A stretch of 64,000 nt of DNA, from NCBI GenBank assembly GCA_046155125.1, contig JBJXEC010000004.1:457-64456 (forward strand). The letters are read 5' to 3'. This DNA is from Sphingomonas sp. GTDB taxonomy: Bacteria; Pseudomonadota; Alphaproteobacteria; Sphingomonadales; Sphingomonadaceae. Positions 55,577 through 62,848 of this stretch are shown here, in pieces (position 1 is the stretch's first letter; every line of letters starts with the position of its first letter). The translations under genes were made by a program, and so were the position numbers. The notes below the pieces were generated by a model. The model was not told the origin of the DNA. It ran no database searches and worked only from the letters and a program-made list of their open reading frames with translations.

Positions 55577-56323
55577 TCAAGCCGGCAGACGCAGCAGCGT
55601 CGCGGCATTTTCATCGAGTTCCTTGGCCGATTTGATCAAATTGGCCTGGACCTCGTAGCTGCGCTGGTTCGAAATCAAATCGACCAGCGCTTCGGATAGA
55701 TTGACGTTCGAGCCTTCCAGCGCGCCCACTTCCAGCTTGGCCGCAAGATCGGCCGGCAGCGCACCGCCGTCCCGGACGTGGTAGAGATTGTCGAGGCCCT
55801 TCACCGCGTCCGATCCTTGCGGATTGGCAAGTTTCAGCTTGTCGAGCACCTGTGACGGTGCACCGGGCTGCGCGTTAAGTGGCAAGAACGATATTGTACC
55901 GTCCGGCCCGATCGTTACCTTTTGCGCGGGCGGCACGGTGATCGGGCCCCCCGACCCGATCACCGGGAAACCGTCGCCGGTTTCCAGCACGCCAGTCGAC
56001 GCGACCTGTAAGTCGCCCCGCCGGGTATACCCTTCGGTTCCGTCTTTTGCCTGTACCGTGATGAACGAATTGCCGGTGACCGCAATATCGAGCGCGCGAC
56101 CCGTCTGGAAGATTGCGCCCGCGCGCCGGTCAGAATCCGCTACTTGCTCGGACGCAGGCTGGCGCGAGGCGAGCCCGGGGCCGTTGACGACCAGCTGATC
56201 GAACGACACGCGGTCGGCCCGAAAGCCAATTGTCGACGCGTTGGCGATGTTGTTCGCAATCGCTGCTTGCGCCGCCAGATGCCCTTTCAGGCCCGACGCT
56301 GCCGTGTAGATCAACTTGTCCAT
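55577..56323 (-). CDS. flgF: flagellar proximal rod protein
   Basis: It has rod-protein N- and C-terminal motifs (MDKLIYTAASG...NNIANASTIGFR; LISNQRSYE) and sits between flgE and flgG. Confidence 0.9.
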   Translation of the reverse strand: MDKLIYTAASGLKGHLAAQAAIANNIANASTIGFRADRVSFDQLVVNGPGLASRQPASEQVADSDRRAGAIFQTGRALDIAVTGNSFITVQAKDGTEGYTRRGDLQVASTGVLETGDGFPVIGSGGPITVPPAQKVTIGPDGTISFLPLNAQPGAPSQVLDKLKLANPQGSDAVKGLDNLYHVRDGGALPADLAAKLEVGALEGSNVNLSEALVDLISNQRSYEVQANLIKSAKELDENAATLLRLPA

Positions 56324-56348
56324 TCAACGATTCCTGCGGCCTAGATGG

Positions 56349-57611
56349 TTACTGAATGTTGAAGATGGTCTGCGAAATCTGGCTTGCGGTATCCAAAGCC
56401 CGGGCGTTCGCCTGAAAATTGCGCTGCGCCGCGATGAGGCTGACCAGTTCTTCGGTAATGTCGACATTCGACCGCTCGATGGCGCCCGGCAACAATCCGC
56501 CGAGACCATCTGCATTGGCGCTACCCAGCAATGGGGTGCCGGACAGCCCGGTCGCTTGCCAGTTGCTGTTGCCAATCTGACGCAGACCGGCGGGATTGGC
56601 AAAATTTGCCAGCACCACTTGGCCCAGCGTCTGGGTGTCGCCGTTGGAGAAGCTTGCGCGCACCAGCCCTTCCGGATCGATGGTCACGCCCTGCAACTGG
56701 CCAACGGCATTGCCGTCCTGGCTGGTCGCCAGCACGTTGAAGGCACCTGCGTTCTGCGTCGTTGCCGTGCCGAAATCGAGCGCGAATTGCTGTTGAACCG
56801 CGCTGCCGAGCGGGGTGAACGCGTCGAAGCTGGTCGGGCCGGCCGGCGTGGTGAGCGCGCCGGTGCCGTCAAACGTTGCCGCGACGGCCGCGTTGCCTCC
56901 GGCCGTCAGCGCAGTGTCGCCAACAAAATTGAACACCGACCAGTTGCTGCTCGCGCCTGCCGCGCCCACCGTATCACGGCGGAAATAGCTCGTCAGCGTT
57001 TGCGGATTGCCTTCTGAATCATAAATGGTCGTTTGGGTCGACGCGTTGTAGCTGGCGGGGTCAAACCGGTCGAAGGTGGCATTTGCCGGCAGCGCGGCGC
57101 CGGCTGGCAGGTTAACCGATTTGGTAACAACGCTGGTTGCCGTCGGCGTGCCGCTGGTCGCGGGCAGGCGCAGGCTAACCGCGCCCGACAGGGCCGTGCG
57201 AACGATTGCGCCGCTGCCATCGGCTGGATAGCCCTGGAGCTGCCCGCCTTGCCCATCGACGATGAACCGGTCCGCATCGACCAGAAACGCACCATTGCGG
57301 GTGAAGTTGACGCCGGCTGCCCCCGGATTGGGCTTGACCGCGAAAAAGCCGTCGCCCGAAATCGCGACGTCGAGCGCCGAGCCCGACTGGACAATGTTGC
57401 CCTGGCTAAATTGCTGCCGATTGCCCTTTACCGTCACGCCCGAGCCGATTTGCGACCTGGGGCTCTGCTGCGCGCTTGACGAAATCACATCGGCGAATTC
57501 GCTGCGGCTCTTCTTGAAACCATTGGTCGAGACGTTCGCCAAATTGTGCGAAATCACCGAAAGGTCGGTCTGGGCTGCCTGAAGGCCGCTGAGGGATGTG
57601 TAAAAGCTCAT
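56349..57611 (-). CDS. flgE: flagellar hook protein
   Basis: Trimmed to ATG 57611, preceded by AAGGAG. It has MSFYTSLSGLQAAQTDLSVISHNLANVSTNGFK and a C-terminal VDITEELVSLIAAQRNFQAN. Confidence 0.92.
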   Translation of the reverse strand: MSFYTSLSGLQAAQTDLSVISHNLANVSTNGFKKSRSEFADVISSSAQQSPRSQIGSGVTVKGNRQQFSQGNIVQSGSALDVAISGDGFFAVKPNPGAAGVNFTRNGAFLVDADRFIVDGQGGQLQGYPADGSGAIVRTALSGAVSLRLPATSGTPTATSVVTKSVNLPAGAALPANATFDRFDPASYNASTQTTIYDSEGNPQTLTSYFRRDTVGAAGASSNWSVFNFVGDTALTAGGNAAVAATFDGTGALTTPAGPTSFDAFTPLGSAVQQQFALDFGTATTQNAGAFNVLATSQDGNAVGQLQGVTIDPEGLVRASFSNGDTQTLGQVVLANFANPAGLRQIGNSNWQATGLSGTPLLGSANADGLGGLLPGAIERSNVDITEELVSLIAAQRNFQANARALDTASQISQTIFNIQ

Positions 57612-57650
57612 TACTTTATCTCCTTTGGGGGGTTGTTCTGATGTCTTCAA

Positions 57651-58334
57651 TTAACCGATCTGGCGAACTTGACTTATCGGGATTTGCCCGATGCCTGGCA
57701 GGGTCAGCGCTGGTGCGCCGCCGCTTGGCGCTGACACCGAGGTGACCGGCGACCAGACGAGCGTGGTGCTCGGCACGCTGCCGCCGGCTTTGCTTGCCGA
57801 CGCGACGACGCGGAATGGGCCCGGCCCGGCGGGTGTGCCGGTGTCCGTTACGCCGTCCCAGTCAAAGCTCACTGTGCCCTTGTTTTGGGGGCCGAGCGTC
57901 AGCGAGCGAAGAATCTGGCCATTTGGCCCCTGGATGGAGACGTTCACATTGCTCGCGTCGTCCGTCAGTTCAACCGCGCCGGCCAGGCCGCCGCTCGCCC
58001 GCGGGAAGGCGGTGTCGCCCGGCACCAGCACGGTCTTGCCGACATAGCTGAGCGCATCGCTGGTCGTGGTGCCGGAAAGCTTGTCTTGAATGGCTTTCAG
58101 CGTGGTGTTGATTTCGCTGATGCCTGCAACGCTTGAGAATTGCGCGAGCTGGGTCAATTGCTGGGTTGCGTCGACCGGGCTGGTCGGATCCTGGTTGCGC
58201 AATTGCGCGGTCAGCAGCTTCAAAAAGTCGTTCTGGGTCAGCGTATCGGCCTGTGCTGCGCTGCGCACCACGGTGCGCGCGGTGGTGCGGTTGATGCCGA
58301 GATTTGCGAGCGTAGTGTCGAAAGAACTTGCCAT
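57651..58334 (-). CDS. flgD: flagellar hook capping/assembly protein
   Basis: It has the FlgD N-domain (FLKLLTAQLRNQDPTSP) and a FlgD Ig-like C-terminal part. Confidence 0.88.
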   Translation of the reverse strand: MASSFDTTLANLGINRTTARTVVRSAAQADTLTQNDFLKLLTAQLRNQDPTSPVDATQQLTQLAQFSSVAGISEINTTLKAIQDKLSGTTTSDALSYVGKTVLVPGDTAFPRASGGLAGAVELTDDASNVNVSIQGPNGQILRSLTLGPQNKGTVSFDWDGVTDTGTPAGPGPFRVVASASKAGGSVPSTTLVWSPVTSVSAPSGGAPALTLPGIGQIPISQVRQIG

Positions 58335-58337
58335 CTG

Positions 58338-58754
58338 TTATTGTCCCAGTTTGAGCGTATCGAGGATGAGGGATTTAGCTGTCTGCATGACTTCGACATT
58401 GTTCTGGAAGCTACGGGCGGTTTCCATCATGTCGACCAGCTCGCGGGTCTCATCGACAGCGGCTTCGTAGACATTGCCATCTTTGTCAGCGAGGGCGTTG
58501 GTAGGGTCATAAGTCTTGGTCGGAGCGCCCCCGGCTGTCACAATGCTTTCAACACTTACCGACGATAACCCTGTTGCATTGTCGAACTCGGTACGAAACA
58601 CTGGTTTTTTGGTGCGATAGGCGGTTTCGGCGCTGCCAGAGACGACGCCGGCATTGGCAAGGTTGCTCGCGGTCGTGTTCATGCGCACGAGCTGCGCGCT
58701 CATGGCGCGCCCGGCGACCTGGAAAATGTTGAGCGGTCGATCAACCATGTTCAT
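58338..58754 (-). CDS. flgC: flagellar basal-body rod protein
   Basis: 138 aa with AGRAMSAQLVRMNTTASNLANA and a C-terminal ELVDMMETARSFQNN. Confidence 0.93.
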   Translation of the reverse strand: MNMVDRPLNIFQVAGRAMSAQLVRMNTTASNLANAGVVSGSAETAYRTKKPVFRTEFDNATGLSSVSVESIVTAGGAPTKTYDPTNALADKDGNVYEAAVDETRELVDMMETARSFQNNVEVMQTAKSLILDTLKLGQ

Positions 58755-59104
58755 TCGCCCCTAAGCGCGCGGTTGATCTGGTTGATCCGGCCGTTGAGGA
58801 ACGACAGCGTCGTCTGATAGGCGACCGCGTTTTCGGCAAAGGCGGTTTGTTCGGTGGCAAGTTCGACCGTGTTGCCGTCGAGCGATGGTTGAAGCGGCAC
58901 CCGGAACAGCGTGGCGCGGCTGAACGCGTCGTTCGTCAGGCCTTGTGGCGCGTTGGCGGCGTTCAGCGCCGCGCGAAAATCGATGTCCTTGGCCTTGAAG
59001 CCAGGGGTGGAGGCGTTGGCGATGTTCGACGCCAACAGCCCGAGGCGCCGCTGACGCACTTCAAGCGCCGCGCCATGCACCCCGAAAAGACTATTGTCTG
59101 CCAC
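58751..59104 (-). CDS. flgB: flagellar basal-body rod protein
   Basis: 117 aa with RRLGLLASNIANASTPGFK. The start is GTG 59104. It is the first gene of the flgB-L operon. Confidence 0.9.
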   Translation of the reverse strand: MADNSLFGVHGAALEVRQRRLGLLASNIANASTPGFKAKDIDFRAALNAANAPQGLTNDAFSRATLFRVPLQPSLDGNTVELATEQTAFAENAVAYQTTLSFLNGRINQINRALRGE

Positions 59105-59140
59105 TTTGGCCGTCTCCGCATCTGTGATACGGCCGTGACA

Positions 59141-59156
59141 AGCAATGGCCGTGCCA
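59141..59156 (-). promoter_or_regulatory. candidate sigma-54 (-24/-12) promoter of the flgB operon
   Basis: The minus strand reads TGGCACGGCCATTGCT, matching TGGCAC-N5-TTGC. It lies about 37 nt upstream of the flgB GTG. Confidence 0.5.
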
Positions 59157-59328
59157 GTTTTGCCACAGGGTCAACCGAACAGGCGGTGAGGGCGTTGCGG
59201 CAAGCCACGCGGCAAACGCTTGCCGGTATGCGGCAAGCGGCCGCCGGGGCTGTTTGGTTTTCTGCAGTACGTTCAGCCAACGATCGGCGCACCGGCAAAA
59301 CTGGCCCGGCTCTTGCTGCGTGCGCGCC

Positions 59329-60000
59329 ATGATGACAGCAACCAACGCCGCGCTTGCCATTGGACCGTTTCTTGATCCTTTCGCGATCGCCATCGTTGCG
59401 GGCGGCACGGTGCTGGCGTGTGCGCTGCGCACCGAGGCACGCGACTTTCTTCGGGCGTGCATTGCTCCGGTGCAACTGGCCCGTCGCAGTTTTTGTGCCG
59501 ACCCGCTGATCGCGCAGATTGCAGCGCTTGGCCGCATCGCGCACCGGCACGGCGTGCTCGCGCTTGACAAGTCAGTGATCGCGGACCCCGACATCGCCGC
59601 CGCAATCGCCGCGATTGTGGATGGCCAGCCAGCGCCAGTGGTCGAGGCGCTCGTGGAGCACCGGCGCCGCGCGCGGGTCGAGCGACATCTGGCCGCTGTC
59701 GATATGTGGGCGGGCATGGCGGAGGTAGCACCAGCCATGGGCATGGTCGGCACGCTCGTCGGCCTCGTAAAGATGTTTGTGTCGATGACCGACCCGTCCG
59801 CGATCGGGGCCGCCATGGCCGTCGCGCTGCTCGCGACGCTCTACGGCGCGCTGCTGGCGAACTTTGTTGCGCTGCCAATTGCGACGCGGTTGCGCCGGCG
59901 AGCGCGGCTCGAGGCATTTGAGCGCGGGCGGCTGGTGGCGCCGCTGGTGGCGCTGGCGACGCGTGAGGCGCCCCGTCGCCGCGAGGCGGTGGCGGCATGA
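59329..60000 (+). CDS. MotA/TolQ/ExbB proton-channel family protein (second, atypical stator A subunit)
   Basis: 224 aa. Its channel region reads APAMGMVGTLVGLVKMF...GAAMAVALLATLYGALLANFVALPIA. It has only one N-terminal TM (FLDPFAIAIVAGGTVLACAL), which corresponds to TM2 of MotA/PomA. Confidence 0.7.
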   Translation: MMTATNAALAIGPFLDPFAIAIVAGGTVLACALRTEARDFLRACIAPVQLARRSFCADPLIAQIAALGRIAHRHGVLALDKSVIADPDIAAAIAAIVDGQPAPVVEALVEHRRRARVERHLAAVDMWAGMAEVAPAMGMVGTLVGLVKMFVSMTDPSAIGAAMAVALLATLYGALLANFVALPIATRLRRRARLEAFERGRLVAPLVALATREAPRRREAVAA

Positions 60001-60539
60001 TCGACGATTTATTTCCTGAAGCGGCGCCCGGGCGCCCGATCTGGCTGATCACGCTGGCTGATCTTGCCCTGCTGCTTGTCGGGTTTTTTGTGCTCGTTCA
60101 GGCGACTCAGAATCTTGACCGCAAGGCGCTTGCCAAGGGGCTGCGGGATGGCTTTGGCGCCGCGGCGATGGAAGGTCGTGCTCCGGCGGTGGCGGCCATG
60201 CCCGTTGGCGCAAGCTCGGTTGCGGGCTTTGCGGCTGGCGCAAGTAGCTTGCCCGCGCGCCCTGACGCGCTGGTGGCGTGGGCACGCGATGCCCTGCGCG
60301 ACAAGCGGGTGACGCTGACAATCACTGGCTCGGTCGACGGGTCCAGCGGCGATGTCGATCCCGTAACCGGCAGCGCAACGCTGCTCGCGATAGATCGCGC
60401 GCGCGCCGTTGCAGCGGCGCTGGCAACGGCGCGCGGGGTGCCCGGCAACCGGATGGCGATTACCAGCGGCACCGATCCGGTGCGCCGTGGTCACCGTGAC
60501 GTGACTGTTACCCTAGCTTTCAGCGGCGCGCGGCAATGA
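59997..60539 (+). CDS. MotB-like protein (second stator B subunit, short OmpA-like C-terminus)
   Basis: ATGA overlap with the upstream gene. Its single TM (WLITLADLALLLVGFFVLV) carries the conserved Asp. The C-terminal LAIDRARAVAAAL..GVPGNRM block is OmpA-like. Confidence 0.6.
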   Translation: MIDDLFPEAAPGRPIWLITLADLALLLVGFFVLVQATQNLDRKALAKGLRDGFGAAAMEGRAPAVAAMPVGASSVAGFAAGASSLPARPDALVAWARDALRDKRVTLTITGSVDGSSGDVDPVTGSATLLAIDRARAVAAALATARGVPGNRMAITSGTDPVRRGHRDVTVTLAFSGARQ

Positions 60540-60598
60540 ATTGCCGCCCCCAAACCCGCAGTGGCCGCCTGAGCTGCCACAGTTCAAAGGAGAATACC

Positions 60599-61156
60599 AT
60601 GCTGCGCCCCCTGATAGTTTCGGCCCTGAGCCTGGCGATAATGGTGCCGCCATCGGCGGCCGCGCAGTCCGGTTATGCCGCAAGGTTTCAGGACACAACA
60701 GCGCTTGACCGGGCGGTGCTGGCGTTTGCCGGCCGCCCGATTGGGGTTGAGGGCGGCGCCCGCACCAACGTCGACGACCGGCTGAAACTTGCTGCTTGCC
60801 CGACGCTTGCCCTGTCGTGGCGCACCGAGGCGCACGACGCCGTAATGGTGACGTGTACTGGCCCGGAATGGCGCATTTATGTGCCAATGATAATGCCTGC
60901 GGCACTCGCTGCGCCGACACCGCCCCTGATCGCCGCCGCACCGCCCGCGCCAAAGCCCGTAATCGTCATCAAACGCGGCGATCCTGTGACGATCGAGGCA
61001 TCAGCGCCCGGCTTTTCGGTGACGCGTGACGGCGTCGCGATGACGGACGCGCCGGTTGGCGGCCGGTTCCTGGTCGACGTCAATGGCGCGAAGAAGCCAG
61101 TGCAGGCCGTGGCCGTCAGCTCAGGTATTGCGACATTACCCGGCTGGGGGGAATAA
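60599..61156 (+). CDS. flgA: flagellar basal-body P-ring formation chaperone
   Basis: ATG 60599 follows AAAGGAG. It has a signal peptide (MLRPLIVSALSLAIMVPPSAAA) and a C-terminal SAF-like block (IKRGDPVTI...GGRFLV). Confidence 0.8.
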   Translation: MLRPLIVSALSLAIMVPPSAAAQSGYAARFQDTTALDRAVLAFAGRPIGVEGGARTNVDDRLKLAACPTLALSWRTEAHDAVMVTCTGPEWRIYVPMIMPAALAAPTPPLIAAAPPAPKPVIVIKRGDPVTIEASAPGFSVTRDGVAMTDAPVGGRFLVDVNGAKKPVQAVAVSSGIATLPGWGE

Positions 61157-61163
61157 TTTTTTC

Positions 61164-61190
61164 TAAAGCTTTTCGCCGCGCCGCCGTTTC
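61164..61190 (+). promoter_or_regulatory. candidate sigma-28 (FliA) promoter of flgM-flgN
   Basis: TAAAGCTT-N11-GCCGTTTC compared with the enterobacterial consensus TAAAGTTT-N11-GCCGATAA. It lies 34 nt upstream of the flgM ATG. Confidence 0.5.
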
Positions 61191-61223
61191 TAGCATTGTA
61201 GGCTAGAATTCGAAGGTGGAGAC

Positions 61224-61523
61224 ATGGTGGATCCCGTCGGTGCAAAGCCCATAGTGCCAGCAGTGCGGCCGCTTGCGGTCGCCGACACGCAGGCGACTGT
61301 GGCGACACCACGTGCAGCCCCCGTCGCGCAGACGGAGAGCAACCCTGCGTCTTCCCTCGGCGCAGTGGTGCAAAGCCTTGCCGCCGCCCCTCCGGTAGAT
61401 CTGGAGCGCGTGTCGCGCATTCGCCGGGCGATCGAGACCAATCAATATCCCATCATCGCCGAGACGATTGCCGACCGGCTGATCGCGCTCCGGCTGAATT
61501 GGAGACCGCATGAACAGGCGTGA
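61224..61523 (+). CDS. flgM: anti-sigma-28 factor
   Basis: 99 aa with a disordered N-terminus. The C-terminal FlgM block is VDLERVSRIRRAIETNQYPIIAETIADRLI. Confidence 0.85.
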   Translation: MVDPVGAKPIVPAVRPLAVADTQATVATPRAAPVAQTESNPASSLGAVVQSLAAAPPVDLERVSRIRRAIETNQYPIIAETIADRLIALRLNWRPHEQA

Positions 61524-61827
61524 AGCGCTCATCCTCGTAATCGATGCACTCCATGCAGAAATTGCCGCGCTGAAGTCCAATGATGTCGCCGGGCTGGAGC
61601 GCGCAACCGCCGCCAAGCTGATACATATCGAAGCGCTGGCGGGCCTGGGCGGCGGCGCGGCGCCCGGCGAACTCCGCGCGCTGGCTGAAGAAGCGCAGAC
61701 GCTGAACGAAACCGCGCGCATTTATGTGAACCTGATGGCCGCCAATGTTCGTCGCCGCTTGCAGCAGCTGACGGGCGACGGCGCTGCGGCCTATCGCCCC
61801 GGCCGCGCCATCGCGGCTTATTGCTGA
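61510..61827 (+). CDS. flgN: FlgN family flagellar export chaperone
   Basis: 105 aa, helical, with a LHAEIAALKSNDVAGLERATAAKL pattern. It sits after flgM and overlaps it by 14 nt. Confidence 0.65.
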   Translation: MNRREALILVIDALHAEIAALKSNDVAGLERATAAKLIHIEALAGLGGGAAPGELRALAEEAQTLNETARIYVNLMAANVRRRLQQLTGDGAAAYRPGRAIAAYC

Positions 61828-61874
61828 CCTTGCACATGCCGCTCTGAGGGCGGCTCCCGCGAATATGGTTAATT

Positions 61875-61890
61875 TGGCATGATCTTTGCT
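61875..61890 (+). promoter_or_regulatory. candidate sigma-54 (-24/-12) promoter of the SLT-flhA unit
   Basis: TGGCATGATCTTTGCT matches TGGCAC-N5-TTGC. It lies about 38 nt upstream of ATG 61928. Confidence 0.5.
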
Positions 61891-61927
61891 GATCGTGCTC
61901 CTGAACAGGGAGCGCCAGCCAGGACCA

Positions 61928-62845
61928 ATGACCGTAACTCCAATCGCACCCACGGCAAACACCGTTGAATCGGCCATTGCTTTTGCCAGCCGGAAAACCG
62001 GCATCGACTTTGATTATTTGCTCGGGCAGGCGCAAGTTGAAAGCGGCCTGAACGCATCTGCCAAGGCCGGCACGTCCAGCGCTTCTGGCCTGTACCAGTT
62101 CATCGACCAAAGCTGGCTTTCCGTCGTCAAAAAGCATGGTGCCGAGCACGGCCTTGGCTGGGCGGCAGCGGCGATTGAACCCGGCGTCGGCGGCCGCTTG
62201 TCGGTCAGCGACCCGGCGACCCGCCAGTCGATCCTTGCGCTGCGTAACAATCCGTCCGTTGCCTCGCTGATGGCCGCCGAGCATGCCGCCGACAACAAGT
62301 CGTCGCTTGAGGGCGCGCTTGGCCGCGCGGCGACGGGTACTGACCTGTACATGGCGCATTTCCTGGGGCTGGGTGGCGCGCAGAATTTTCTGCAGACGCT
62401 GTCGACGAACCCGGACAAGGTCGGGGCCGCGCTGTTTCCAGCGGCAGCGCGCGCCAATCGCAACGTGTTCTATGCGTCGAATGGCCAGCCGCGCACGGTT
62501 TCCGAGATTTACCAGCGTTTTTCGGCCAAGCTCGATTCCGGCGCAGCCGCAGGCGGGGCGACCGGCATTGCGTCTGACGCGTTGCGCGGCAATTCCGGGC
62601 GGCAAGACCTTGCCGGGACCGAGATCATTCCCGGCAATGGCGAGGGGCTTGGCGCTGCCACGCGCTGGGCCAGGGCAGCGCTCAACGGGCTTGGCGCAGA
62701 GCAAGGCACGCTCGATCAGTTGAACGGCGGGCTGGCGTCGCTCAACCGCTTTGGTGCGGCTGGCGCGCGGGCCGAGCAATTGTTGCGGCCAACGCCAGAC
62801 ACGGCGCGGATCGCCTACCTCATGCTCGCAAGCCTGGGCGGTTAA
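61928..62845 (+). CDS. lytic transglycosylase (SLT) domain protein, flagellum-associated candidate
   Basis: It has an SLT catalytic region (LLGQAQVESGLNASAKAGTSSASGLYQFIDQSW, with the Glu-Ser and GLYQ motifs). Trimmed to ATG 61928. It lies immediately upstream of flhA. Confidence 0.72.
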   Translation: MTVTPIAPTANTVESAIAFASRKTGIDFDYLLGQAQVESGLNASAKAGTSSASGLYQFIDQSWLSVVKKHGAEHGLGWAAAAIEPGVGGRLSVSDPATRQSILALRNNPSVASLMAAEHAADNKSSLEGALGRAATGTDLYMAHFLGLGGAQNFLQTLSTNPDKVGAALFPAAARANRNVFYASNGQPRTVSEIYQRFSAKLDSGAAAGGATGIASDALRGNSGRQDLAGTEIIPGNGEGLGAATRWARAALNGLGAEQGTLDQLNGGLASLNRFGAAGARAEQLLRPTPDTARIAYLMLASLGG

Positions 62846-62848
62846 TCG

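Noticed and set aside
61529-62779. 416-aa minus-strand ORF across flgN and the SLT gene.
   Set aside because: It is antisense to ORFs that have flagellar context and an SLT catalytic motif. Its product is Arg/Pro/Gly-rich with no motif.
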